DNA of 44,431 nt from an uncultured Candidatus Saccharibacteria bacterium (GCA_964546355.1 CAZJJM010000001.1:1-44431); one strand, 5' to 3'. Numbered from the stretch's first letter, positions 33,347 to 42,287 are shown. The notes: a model not told the origin generated them from the letters alone. Translations and numbers: made by a program.

Positions 33347-33688
33347 TTATCTTGCTTGCTGTAGGTTGTTAAGGATTTCTTGTTTTTGTTCGTCTGTATA
33401 TTCAACACTTGGTGATTGTTTAGACATCTCTTCAAGTTGTTTCACTACCGCCTGTTGTTGTACAGGTGTAAGCTTTGGAGCTTCTGCTTGTTGTTGCACA
33501 AGATTGTTTATGATTTCTTCTTTTTGTGCAGGGGTCAACTCACGAGGATTGGTATTTTCTGTAGGAGTGTATTTTTTGTATAACCAAATAGCAAGCACGA
33601 CGACAATAATTAATACAACAAGAGAAATGACAAGTTTCACTGCAGGGTGATGAATCATTGATGATGGGTTTTTTTGCATGGTGTCCAT
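33347..33688 (-). CDS. Small membrane-anchored protein with three LTPxQ(K/Q)xx(I/V)xxxL repeats
   Basis: TM helix VKLVISLVVLIIVVVLAIWLY, then LTPAQKEEIINNL / LTPVQQQAVVKQL / YTDEQKQEILNNL. Its stop lies 9 nt before the next ORF's start. Confidence 0.5.
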   Translation of the reverse strand: MDTMQKNPSSMIHHPAVKLVISLVVLIIVVVLAIWLYKKYTPTENTNPRELTPAQKEEIINNLVQQQAEAPKLTPVQQQAVVKQLEEMSKQSPSVEYTDEQKQEILNNLQQAR

Positions 33689-33868
33689 GAGATTTTTATA
33701 ATGAAAGTACTATTTATAATGTTACGTATATAATTGTACATGTTTTTTTTCATCTCGTATATAATAAAGGACAAATACTGTGGAAAACTATTTCTCAAGG
33801 ACAAATTATTTTTATCAGAAAAATATCTTTAGCACGAAAAATATCTCCGACTATGTCTAAATGCATAG

Positions 33869-33898
33869 TTGTCTTGTGGGGTATGTCTGTGGTATAGT
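33869..33898 (+). promoter_or_regulatory. Candidate extended -10 promoter of the nusA leader
   Basis: TTGTCT, an 18-nt spacer ending in TGG, then TATAGT (33893-33898). Confidence 0.45.
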
Positions 33899-33910
33899 TA
33901 CATACGTACA

Positions 33911-33936
33911 AGTCCTCGTTCTCGTGGACTTTTTTT
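33911..33936 (+). terminator. Promoter-proximal hairpin plus T7 in the nusA leader (candidate attenuator)
   Basis: agtcctcg-ttct-cgtggact (7 of 8 pairs) followed by ttttttt. 57 nt upstream of the nusA ATG. Confidence 0.5.
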
Positions 33937-33992
33937 AATAAAATTGAATAATATAAGGGTTTTTCCACAAGAATAACCCTTCTAAAATACAC

Positions 33993-35297
33993 ATGTTAGA
34001 CATAAAAACACTTAAATCAGCCCTATTACAACTCGAGGATGAAAAGAAAATTCCTCAAGCAAAAATCATTGAAGCAATCGAACAAGCACTTGCTGCTGCG
34101 TACAAAAAAGAGTACGGCAAGAAAGGTCAAATCGTTCGTGCACAATTTGACCTCGATACTGGTACAACTGAATTCTCACAAATAAAAATCGTTGTTGATG
34201 AATCAACCGTCCGCATGCCAGAACCAGGAGAGGAAGAACTGAATGAAACTGAAGAAGAAGTAGAATTTGACCCAAACGACGAACGCCCTCGTTTTAACGC
34301 AGAACATCATATCCTCATAGAAGATGCTCAGAAAATCAAAAAAGACGTTACACTCAGTGAAGAAATCATTTTCCCATTGGAATCAAAGGATGATTTCGGA
34401 CGTATTGCAGCTCAAACAGCAAAACAAGTCATCATTCAGCGTATCCGAGAAGCAGAACGTGGTGCAGTAGTCAGTGAATATGGGGCAAAAGAAGGAGAAA
34501 TCGTTAGTGGATATGTTCAAAAAGTAGAACGTGGCACTATTTTTGTTGATTTCAACCGTGCTGTTGGTATTCTTCCATACGAAGAACAAATTCCAGGAGA
34601 ACAATATAAACGTGGTGATCGTATTCGAGCATATATGTTTTCTATTGAAGAATCTCCTCGATCAGTCACGCTTCGACTTTCACGTGCACATCCAAAATTT
34701 CTCCAAAAACTCTTTGAAATGGAAGCTCCAGAAATCGCGAGTGGTATGGTAGAGATCAAAAACATCGCCCGTGAACCAGGTTCTCGTTCAAAAATAGCTG
34801 TATTTTCAAACGATGAACACGTTGATCCTGTCGGATCATGTGTCGGACAAAAAGGCGTACGTGTAAATACCATTACAAATGAACTCTATGGTGAAAAAAT
34901 ATACATTATACCTAGTTCTCACGACGTCGCAACATACGTCACAAACGCACTTTCTCCTGCACGTAAGATTCTCGACCTTACAATCGACCAAGAAGAACAC
35001 AAAGCAACCGTAAATGTAGCAGACGATCAACTTTCTCTTGCAATCGGTAAAGGTGGTCAAAATGTTCGCCTTGCAGCAAAACTTACTGGATGGAAAATAG
35101 ACATTAAGGGTGTTGGGGGTGAAACACTCGAAGGAGTATACGACGGCGAAACAACAGAAGAAGGTTTCGTATCACTCAAAGACCTAAAAAAAGAAGATCA
35201 ATCTGAAGAAACAGCACAAGCATATGAAGAAATGACTCCTATTGTAGATGAAGAAGTTGCTGTTTCACCAGAAAGTAGTGACAGTGAAACTGTGTAA
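33993..35297 (+). CDS. nusA: Transcription termination/antitermination factor NusA
   Basis: 434-aa ORF. The N-terminal domain carries an acidic insert. S1 domain (GEIVSGYVQKVERGTIFVDF). Two KH domains (GSCVGQKGVRV, AIGKGGQNVRLAAKLTGWKIDI). Confidence 0.93.
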   Translation: MLDIKTLKSALLQLEDEKKIPQAKIIEAIEQALAAAYKKEYGKKGQIVRAQFDLDTGTTEFSQIKIVVDESTVRMPEPGEEELNETEEEVEFDPNDERPRFNAEHHILIEDAQKIKKDVTLSEEIIFPLESKDDFGRIAAQTAKQVIIQRIREAERGAVVSEYGAKEGEIVSGYVQKVERGTIFVDFNRAVGILPYEEQIPGEQYKRGDRIRAYMFSIEESPRSVTLRLSRAHPKFLQKLFEMEAPEIASGMVEIKNIAREPGSRSKIAVFSNDEHVDPVGSCVGQKGVRVNTITNELYGEKIYIIPSSHDVATYVTNALSPARKILDLTIDQEEHKATVNVADDQLSLAIGKGGQNVRLAAKLTGWKIDIKGVGGETLEGVYDGETTEEGFVSLKDLKKEDQSEETAQAYEEMTPIVDEEVAVSPESSDSETV

Positions 35298-35323
35298 TTT
35301 ATTAGCTATTATTTATACTTTTT

Positions 35324-35908
35324 ATGGCACATATAGACATCACACCATCAAAAACCATGGCAAATCTGCTTCATGTCCTTCCTCCATACGCAGACAAAGA
35401 AACAGGGGTTATCAATGCAATTATTGAAATAAATTCACATTCGATCAATAAATACGAACTTATTACAGAAACAGGGCATCTTAAACTCGACCGAGTCGGA
35501 TATTCATCACTATCATATCCTTTTGCCTACGGAGCAATTCCTGGCACATGGGATCAAGATGGCGACCCGCTTGATGTAGAAATTGTTCACGTTACGGAAC
35601 CGCTTGTTCCAGGATCATTGGTAGAAGCACGTATTATTGGAATTATGAAATTCAATGACGGAGGTGAAGTAGATGACAAAGTAATCGCAGTGCTTAATGA
35701 TGACAAACGTGTCGCACACATCAAAACACTCGCAGATCTCGGTGAATATTTCCAAAAAGAAACAACATATTACTGGGAACATTACAAAGACCTCAAGAAA
35801 CCAGGGACATGTACAGTTGATGGATTCTTTGATACAGCAGAATCAATGCGCATTATTGATGAATGTACAGAACGGTATCAAAAAGAATACGCGCCGAAAC
35901 TCGGATAA
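35324..35908 (+). CDS. ppa: Inorganic pyrophosphatase (family I)
   Basis: 194-aa ORF with NAIIEI...NKYE, YGAIPGTW.QDGDPLDV and DDKVIAV motifs. Confidence 0.92.
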   Translation: MAHIDITPSKTMANLLHVLPPYADKETGVINAIIEINSHSINKYELITETGHLKLDRVGYSSLSYPFAYGAIPGTWDQDGDPLDVEIVHVTEPLVPGSLVEARIIGIMKFNDGGEVDDKVIAVLNDDKRVAHIKTLADLGEYFQKETTYYWEHYKDLKKPGTCTVDGFFDTAESMRIIDECTERYQKEYAPKLG

Positions 35909-35922
35909 ACTCTTATTCACTC

Positions 35923-35951
35923 AAAAAACACTCCTTTCTGGAGTGTTTTTT
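35923..35951 (+). terminator. ppa intrinsic terminator
   Basis: aaaaaacactcc-tttc-tggagtgtttttt. Confidence 0.7.
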
Positions 35952-36031
35952 GCTATACTATATGTGATTGGCCAAAACGAGTGTGCTAATCAGTCGAATT
36001 ACAAAAATTCTTACATTACCTAAAACACATT

Positions 36032-36763
36032 ATGAATAAAAAACACATTATTATTGCATCAGTACTGGTCGGTATTACCTTTGTTACTGCACAAGCACAA
36101 GCAGAAGAAACAGTTTCTGAAAAAACAAAAACACCTACATCAGTAAGAATGGAAAATATCGAGGAACGAGCAGGTGTTCGTGAAACAAAGATAGATGGCA
36201 GAATTCAAAAGATTGACGCACGTCTTGATGATAAGAAAACAAAAATCCAAACAAGTGGCGCTCTATTAAAAGAAAAAATGCCAGAAAAATCTCTTGAAAT
36301 AGATGAAAAAATGGACGAAAGAACTGATCGAATGGAAGACCGTGCAGACGATCGCAAAGATCAACTAGAAGAAAAGAAAGTGCGGATAGAAGATCGGCTT
36401 GAGAAAAAACTCGTAAATATTACTGTTCGACGAGCAGCGATACTCAGTGCTACCTTGAACCGTCTCGATAAACTCGCAACACGTATCGACTCTCGTATTG
36501 AGAAAAATACTGCTATAAATGTTGATATCAGTACAGCAAAAGGATATGTTGCTGAAGCACGACTAGCACTCACTGCAGCACAAGAAACACTCAAAAGTGT
36601 CTCAATCGAAAGTGCAAAAGCAGATATTATCGTCGCATTCGAATCAACAAAAATGAACCTCAAAAAAGCACACACAAAACTCAATGAAGCAGTACAATCA
36701 CTGAAAACAGCAAAAAGTGCTATCACTACTGAGACAAAAACTGATACAAAGACGGCAGAATAA
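36032..36763 (+). CDS. Hypothetical secreted coiled-coil protein (charged D/E/R/K repeats)
   Basis: Signal peptide IIIASVLVGITFVTAQAQA. Heptad-like MDERTDRMEDRADDRKDQLEEKK region. Confidence 0.5.
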   Translation: MNKKHIIIASVLVGITFVTAQAQAEETVSEKTKTPTSVRMENIEERAGVRETKIDGRIQKIDARLDDKKTKIQTSGALLKEKMPEKSLEIDEKMDERTDRMEDRADDRKDQLEEKKVRIEDRLEKKLVNITVRRAAILSATLNRLDKLATRIDSRIEKNTAINVDISTAKGYVAEARLALTAAQETLKSVSIESAKADIIVAFESTKMNLKKAHTKLNEAVQSLKTAKSAITTETKTDTKTAE

Positions 36764-36789
36764 TTTATTCAATTAATTTTTATATCATT

Positions 36790-37089
36790 ATGAATGAAAA
36801 CAACATGGGTATCAACGATATGTCAGCTCCACGAGCAGAAAAATCACACGGAGCACTTATTGGCTCTATCATTATCGTGATTTTACTCGCAGTTGCAGGG
36901 TTTTACTACTGGAATACAACAATGAAGTCTATTAGCATGGAGAGAAAGGCGGATATGCAATCTGCACAAGAAGATGCTACCACAATCAACACACTCCAAG
37001 TACAAGGCACTTCTGATGAAGTCTCTGATATTGAAATGGACTTGAGTGCAACAAACATCGACTCTATAAATACCTCAATTTCACAATAA
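36790..37089 (+). CDS. Hypothetical small single-pass membrane protein
   Basis: 99-aa ORF with TM helix ALIGSIIIVILLAVAGFYYW. Followed by a terminator. Confidence 0.4.
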   Translation: MNENNMGINDMSAPRAEKSHGALIGSIIIVILLAVAGFYYWNTTMKSISMERKADMQSAQEDATTINTLQVQGTSDEVSDIEMDLSATNIDSINTSISQ

Positions 37090-37108
37090 GAAATTAATAA
37101 GTTTACCG

Positions 37109-37145
37109 AAAATACCTCACAACAATTGTTGTGAGGTATTTTTTT
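37109..37145 (+). terminator. Intrinsic terminator upstream of tig
   Basis: aaaatacctcacaaca-attgttgtgaggtattttt. Confidence 0.7.
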
Positions 37146-37172
37146 GACAAATACTCATTTGCCATATAGACT
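37144..37172 (+). promoter_or_regulatory. Candidate tig promoter
   Basis: TTGACA at 37144-37149. TATAGA/TAGACT lies 15-17 nt downstream. The leader would be very short. Confidence 0.35.
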
Positions 37173-37178
37173 AGCACC

Positions 37179-38234
37179 ATGAAAACAGTCATACAAAAAC
37201 TAGAAAAAAGTGTCGTTGAAATAACCGTGACAATACCAGCTGACACAGTACAATCATACAAAAATAAAGCAATTGCTCGACTTGGGCAACATGTAGAAAT
37301 CGATGGGTTCCGCAAAGGTCATGCACCAGAAGCAAAACTCCTTGAAAAAATACCAACAATGATGCTCCTTGAAGAAATGGCCGATCTTGCGATTAATGAC
37401 ACATATACAAAAGCGCTCCAAGAGCACACACTCGATATTATTGGTCGTCCACAAATCCGTATCACAAAAATTGCTGACAACGAATCACTTGAATACAAAC
37501 TCACTGTGACTGAATTCCCTGCAATAACTCTTCCAGAATACAAAAAAATTGCAAAAGAAACATCTCACACAGAAAATATAGTAGTAACTGATGAAGATGT
37601 AGAACATGTCCTTACTGATTTGCGTAAAATGCGCGCTCACGAGAAACTTCACGCATCAGAAACAGGTCACACACACGATCACTCACATCACGAACATGAT
37701 TTCAAAGAAGAAGATTTGCCTGTAGTCGATGATGCATTTGCAAAATCATTTGGTGAGTTTGCATCACTGGAAGAATTTAAAGCAAAAATCAAAGAAAATG
37801 TGACTGCTGAGAAAAATCATGAAGCACATCAAAAAAACCGCATTGCAATCCTTGAAAAGATTATTTCAGAAACAACGGTTGATGTACCTGAACTCTTGGT
37901 CGAAAGTGAGATAGAAAAAATGTTTCATACGATAAAATCAGATATCGCTCGAATGGGAATGTCATTTGAAGACTATCTTAAACACAGCAACAAAACAGAA
38001 GAAGCCATCCGTGTTGATATGCGACCAGATGCAGAAAAACGTGCAAAATTAGAATTGGTTCTCCATGGTATTAAAGAAAAGGAAAAAATTGCACCGAACC
38101 CAGAAGAAGTTGAAGCTGAAGTAACAAAAATGCTGACATACTACAAAGACGCAGATCCTGTACAGACAAGACTCTATGTCGAACACATGATCGGCAATGA
38201 AATGGTCTTCTCATTTTTAGAAAACGTACAATAA
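37179..38234 (+). CDS. tig: Trigger factor lacking the PPIase domain (His-rich linker instead)
   Basis: N-terminal ribosome-binding domain with GFRKGHAP. C-terminal arm domain. Only about 30 aa (HEKLHASETGHTHDHSHHEHDFKEE) sit where the roughly 100-aa FKBP domain normally lies. Confidence 0.85.
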   Translation: MKTVIQKLEKSVVEITVTIPADTVQSYKNKAIARLGQHVEIDGFRKGHAPEAKLLEKIPTMMLLEEMADLAINDTYTKALQEHTLDIIGRPQIRITKIADNESLEYKLTVTEFPAITLPEYKKIAKETSHTENIVVTDEDVEHVLTDLRKMRAHEKLHASETGHTHDHSHHEHDFKEEDLPVVDDAFAKSFGEFASLEEFKAKIKENVTAEKNHEAHQKNRIAILEKIISETTVDVPELLVESEIEKMFHTIKSDIARMGMSFEDYLKHSNKTEEAIRVDMRPDAEKRAKLELVLHGIKEKEKIAPNPEEVEAEVTKMLTYYKDADPVQTRLYVEHMIGNEMVFSFLENVQ

Positions 38235-38264
38235 AAAAAATGCCTCCTAATTGGAGGCATTTTG
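38234..38264. terminator. Bidirectional terminator between tig and the convergent small lipoprotein gene
   Basis: aaaaaaaatgcctcc-taatt-ggaggcatttt. Confidence 0.7.
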
Positions 38265-38277
38265 TATTTTATAATTT

Positions 38278-38520
38278 TTAATATCTACCATACCCTGAAT
38301 CATACTTGTTTTTCTTTTTTATATTTTTTGATTTATAAAATCTAAGGAAAATAAAAAAGACAAAAATAATAGAAAAGATTCCAATTTGTTTTAGTGTAAA
38401 CAAGCCAAAGATCTTTTGCTCAGAAACATGAGCATCACGAGCAATAAGAGGATCAGTTTCGCAAGAAGAAAGAATTGCACAAAAAAGGGCAAGTAATATC
38501 AAAGAAAGAAAGTGTTTCAT
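38278..38520 (-). CDS. Hypothetical small lipoprotein/membrane protein
   Basis: 80-aa ORF with lipobox-like AILSSC and a second hydrophobic segment. AT-rich. Confidence 0.4.
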   Translation of the reverse strand: MKHFLSLILLALFCAILSSCETDPLIARDAHVSEQKIFGLFTLKQIGIFSIIFVFFIFLRFYKSKNIKKKNKYDSGYGRY

Positions 38521-38616
38521 GGCACATGAGTTAATCTACCGTTAGAATATACTCATCAAGACAAAAAGTCAAAATATGCTATACTCGATACATAATAGTA
38601 ATAATCAAGATTCTTT

Positions 38617-39201
38617 ATGTTAATTCCAACAGTAATTGAAAAATCACCTTTTGGTGAACGAGCGTATGATATCTACTCTCGCCTTTTGAATGATCGTATT
38701 ATCTTCCTTGGTGGAGCAATAGATGATCATGTTGCAAATATCGTCATTGCACAACTCCTTCATCTTGAAAATCAAGACCCTAAGCAAGACATTTATCTGT
38801 ATATTAATTCTCCGGGAGGATCAGTGACTGCAGGACTTGCAATCCTCGACACCATGAACCACATCAAACCAGATGTATCGACTATCTGCGTAGGTATGGC
38901 AGCATCAATGGGTGCGATGATTCTCTCTTCAGGAGCAAAAGGTAAACGACTTGCGCTCCCAAATGCAGAAATCATGATCCATCAACCACACGGCGGAGCA
39001 GAAGGACAAGCGACAGATATTGAGATCTCAGCCCGAAGAATCCTCAAAAATAGAGCAACGCTCAATGCTATTCTTGCAAAAAATACTGGGCAAAAACTTG
39101 CAACCATAGAAAAAGACGTAGAAAGAGACTTTTTTATGGATGCCCCAGAAGCAAAGAAGTATGGGATCATAGATGAAATACTTACAAAAAAGGGTAAGTA
39201 A
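38617..39201 (+). CDS. clpP: ATP-dependent Clp protease proteolytic subunit
   Basis: 194-aa ORF with [19 protein letters not shown] (catalytic Ser) and IMIHQP motifs. Confidence 0.95.
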   Translation: MLIPTVIEKSPFGERAYDIYSRLLNDRIIFLGGAIDDHVANIVIAQLLHLENQDPKQDIYLYINSPGGSVTAGLAILDTMNHIKPDVSTICVGMAASMGAMILSSGAKGKRLALPNAEIMIHQPHGGAEGQATDIEISARRILKNRATLNAILAKNTGQKLATIEKDVERDFFMDAPEAKKYGIIDEILTKKGK

Positions 39202-39202
39202 G

Positions 39203-39250
39203 AAATCACATAAAAACACCACAAGAAATTGTGGTGTTTTTATGTGATTT
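39203..39250 (+). terminator. 22-bp perfect hairpin with GAAA loop after clpP
   Basis: aaatcacataaaaacaccacaa-gaaa-ttgtggtgtttttatgtgattt. Confidence 0.65.
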
Positions 39251-39421
39251 GCTCCTTTGGTATATATATGGTACTTTGAGTGTGTAGACTTTTAATAAAT
39301 AAATCTCGCTTTTTTCTCTCCGACTTCCCTACTCCTGAATCGACAGAACACAGAAACTCGAAACTATCACGTAAAGAAACACTTTCTAGAAAACTCAGAG
39401 CGTCAGAAGCGACTTGAAACC

Positions 39422-40948
39422 ATGACTGTAATACAAATAATCATTGCGGTACTTGCACTCATTGCAAGTATTAGTATTGGGTACTACCTGCGACTCATTA
39501 TCTCACTTGGAAAACGTGGCTCTATGGAGCTTGAAATCAAGCAAATGATGATTAACGCAAAAGAAGAAGCAAATCACATTATCGAAGATGCAAAGAAGCA
39601 ATCAGAAGAAATCTTGCATGAACTTCGACAAACAGAAAAAGAAAAAGAGCACGAATTCAAAAAAACAGAAGAGCGTCTTATAAAAAAAGAATCACTCCTT
39701 GATACTAGACAGACTGATATCGATCGTGATGTTGAGCACGTAAAGAATCGTATTGAAGAAATCAAACAGATCAAAGAGCGTGCGGAAAAAATGGAAGGAG
39801 AGAAGAAATCAGCACTTGAGAACATTGCGCGACTTACAGAAGAAGAAGCTCGAACACAATTGTTAGAAAAAACAGAACAAGAATACGGTGAAGATCTCTA
39901 TTCTCGTATGCAAAAACTTGAACGCAGCGGACAAGAACAACTTGAACGTCGTGCAAAAGATATTATGAGTACTGTTATTCAACGTCTTTCAACATCAACA
40001 GCATCAGATATGCTCACCACAAGTGTCTCTATTACATCAGAAGACATCAAAGGTAAGATTATTGGGAAAGAAGGAAGAAACATACGCGCATTTGAACGTG
40101 TTGCTGGTGTAGAACTTATTGTCGATGAAACACCTGGCTCAATCGTCATTTCGAGTTTTGATCCAATACGACGACAAGTTGCACGACTTGCACTCGAAAA
40201 TCTCATCAGTGACGGAAGAATACAACCTGCAAAGATTGAAGAGATGATTGAGAAAGCGCAATTAGAAATAAACACTATCATCAAAAAAGAAGGAGAACGT
40301 GCAGTATATGAATGCGGAATACTGAATCTTGACCCACGAATCGTGGCAGTTATCGGACGACTTCATTTCCGTACCAGTTATGGACAAAATGTCTTGCAGC
40401 ACTCAATAGAAATGACACATATTGCTGGTATGCTTGCAGAAGAGCTCGGTGCTGATGTACAAATAACAAAAGCAGGTGCACTCGTACATGACATCGGCAA
40501 AGCACTCGACCATGAAGTACAAGGAACACACATAGATATTGGTATTCGCATCTTGCAAAAATTCAACGCAGACCCACGAATCATCACTGCAATGAAATCA
40601 CACCACGATGACTGCCCTCATGAATCTCTTGAAGCGATTATTGTGCAGACAGCAGACTATATTTCAGGAGGAAGACCTGGTGCACGTCGTGACACTGTTG
40701 AAAACTATTTGAAACGACTCGCAGAACTTGAAGCATTGGTAAATTCATTTGAAGGTATAGAAAAGTCATATGCAATCCAAGCTGGTCGTGAAGTGCGTAT
40801 ATTCGTCAACCCGCTCTCAATCACAGACATACAAGCCAAACACCTCGCTCGAGATATTGCGCTCCGTATTGAACAAGAATTACGCTATCCAGGGGAAATA
40901 AAAATCACTGTCATACGCGAAAACAGAATTGTAGAAATTGCACGATAA
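39422..40948 (+). CDS. rny: Ribonuclease Y
   Basis: 508-aa ORF with N-terminal TM helix, coiled coil, KH domain (IGKEGRNIRAFE) and HD domain (HSIEMTHIAG...LVHDIGK). Confidence 0.93.
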   Translation: MTVIQIIIAVLALIASISIGYYLRLIISLGKRGSMELEIKQMMINAKEEANHIIEDAKKQSEEILHELRQTEKEKEHEFKKTEERLIKKESLLDTRQTDIDRDVEHVKNRIEEIKQIKERAEKMEGEKKSALENIARLTEEEARTQLLEKTEQEYGEDLYSRMQKLERSGQEQLERRAKDIMSTVIQRLSTSTASDMLTTSVSITSEDIKGKIIGKEGRNIRAFERVAGVELIVDETPGSIVISSFDPIRRQVARLALENLISDGRIQPAKIEEMIEKAQLEINTIIKKEGERAVYECGILNLDPRIVAVIGRLHFRTSYGQNVLQHSIEMTHIAGMLAEELGADVQITKAGALVHDIGKALDHEVQGTHIDIGIRILQKFNADPRIITAMKSHHDDCPHESLEAIIVQTADYISGGRPGARRDTVENYLKRLAELEALVNSFEGIEKSYAIQAGREVRIFVNPLSITDIQAKHLARDIALRIEQELRYPGEIKITVIRENRIVEIAR

Positions 40949-40982
40949 TAAAAAGCCATTACATTAATTGTAATGGCTTTTT
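40949..40982. terminator. Bidirectional terminator between rny and the convergent hypothetical gene
   Basis: aaaaagccattaca-ttaat-tgtaatggcttttt. It overlaps the stop codon at 40964-40966. Confidence 0.7.
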
Positions 40983-41539
40983 CTTTTCTCTAACTTTTTT
41001 TCCAAAATTTTTCGTAAAGGAGTCTTTTCCTTTACTTGCGGTAGAATTTCAGACAAAATAGTCTCACTGTGTTGATTTTGAAAAATCATATTGAGTATTT
41101 TTTTTAAAAGAATTTTACTCACATTATTTGTGAAAAACGTGGTTTGTCCATATTCTCGCGAGTACAATGTGCACAAAAGTGTAATTTTTCTGTACGGATA
41201 TATCCGTGGTGCTTTTTGTACATGCAAGATATACTTCATCAAAATCCTTTTATATAAAATAAATCTTTTACGATCAATAAAATTAAGTGCGAGAGTACAG
41301 TCATCAAGATTATCAAGTATCTCAAAAAATTCTTTGGGCAAATGATTGTGATATCTTTTAAAGACAATACGCATCCCCCCTTTCTGTTGCACCCAATCTT
41401 TGTAAAATGCTCGATCTTTTTTAGGCGGCACATGCATATATGCTTTGTAGCACATGGCAATAATACCCGAAACTGCAATTAAACACAGTATGCAAATCAA
41501 AATGTATGGGCGAATACTTATTAAAATAATAACGTTCAT
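40964..41539 (-). CDS. Hypothetical membrane-anchored protein (191 aa, basic)
   Basis: N-terminal hydrophobic segment. AT-rich. No recognisable motif. Confidence 0.45.
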   Translation of the reverse strand: MNVIILISIRPYILICILCLIAVSGIIAMCYKAYMHVPPKKDRAFYKDWVQQKGGMRIVFKRYHNHLPKEFFEILDNLDDCTLALNFIDRKRFILYKRILMKYILHVQKAPRIYPYRKITLLCTLYSREYGQTTFFTNNVSKILLKKILNMIFQNQHSETILSEILPQVKEKTPLRKILEKKLEKRKSHYN

Positions 41540-41619
41540 GTAAAATAGTTTTAGTTCTAGAAAATAGAGTACAATATATTACACATGATTGTCAATATTT
41601 CACTTTCCCCAAGTATTGC

Positions 41620-41647
41620 TTGCACAAAAAAACCCTTGCTATATAAT
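41620..41647 (+). promoter_or_regulatory. Candidate hup promoter
   Basis: TTGCAC, a 16-nt spacer, then TATAAT (41642-41647). About 75 nt upstream of the ATG. Confidence 0.5.
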
Positions 41648-41721
41648 GTATGTATCGATCGGACAATTGACACATTCATCTGTTCGTCGTCGAGATTATC
41701 AATATAAATATTCTATTGACT

Positions 41722-41997
41722 ATGAACAAACAAGGACTCGTAGAAATGGTACACGGAATGCTCGGTGGTACCAAGGTTCAAGCAGAAGAAGTTGTTAATG
41801 GCATGTTTGATACAATCGTTGCTACTTTGAAAAAAGGTGACGAAGTATCAATTGCAGGCCTTGGTATCTTCTCTGTAAAGGATCGCGCTGCTCGTATGGC
41901 ACGTAATCCAAAGACAGGTGAACAAGTAAAAGTAGCCGCAACGAAAGTTCCTAAGTTTCGTGCAGCAAAAGCACTTAAAGACGCTGTTGCAAAATAA
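41722..41997 (+). CDS. hup: DNA-binding protein HU
   Basis: Start at ATG 41722 (MNKQGLVEMV). Contains GLGIFSVKDRAARMARNPKTGEQVKV. Confidence 0.9.
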   Translation: MNKQGLVEMVHGMLGGTKVQAEEVVNGMFDTIVATLKKGDEVSIAGLGIFSVKDRAARMARNPKTGEQVKVAATKVPKFRAAKALKDAVAK

Positions 41998-42014
41998 GCC
42001 TTTATGTACTTATG

Positions 42015-42042
42015 AAAAATCCTCCTATTTGGGAGGATTTTT
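42015..42042 (+). terminator. hup intrinsic terminator
   Basis: aaaaatcctcc-tatttg-ggaggattttt. Confidence 0.7.
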
Positions 42043-42111
42043 CATTTTCCATAGAAAGTTGAAAAATATCGATAATATGCTACTATAAGTAAGTATTTTT
42101 GAAAACTGAGT

Positions 42112-42184
42112 CGGAGTGTGGTGTAACGGCTAACATTCCTGTTTTGGGAACAGGCGACTCCGGGTTCGAATCCCGGCACTCCGA
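42112..42184 (+). tRNA. tRNA-Pro (anticodon UGG)
   Basis: Hand-folded cloverleaf. Acceptor CGGAGTG/CACTCCG, anticodon arm CCTGT-TTTGGGA-ACAGG, T arm CCGGG-TTCGAAT-CCCGG, discriminator A. No encoded CCA. Confidence 0.9.
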
Positions 42185-42211
42185 CTCATTTTTTAATAAT
42201 ACACATATATT

Positions 42212-42285
42212 GCGGGATTAGTTTAGTGGTAGAACTACAGTTTTCCAAACTGTTAGCAAGAGTTCGATTCTCTTATCCCGCACCA
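42212..42285 (+). tRNA. tRNA-Gly (anticodon UCC), CCA encoded
   Basis: Acceptor GCGGGAT/ATCCCGC, anticodon arm ACAGT-TTTCCAA-ACTGT, T arm AAGAG-TTCGATT-CTCTT. Ends in ACCA. Confidence 0.9.
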
Positions 42286-42287
42286 AT

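Noticed and set aside
33689-33992. Calling oriC from DnaA-box-like 9-mers: TTTTCCACA x2 here, and perfect boxes at 43219 and 43945.
   Set aside because: No dnaA or dnaN is in the window. A few matches to the relaxed consensus are expected by chance in 44 kb of AT-rich DNA on two strands. I could not exhaustively scan coding regions or compute GC skew. The boxes are kept only as low-confidence notes.
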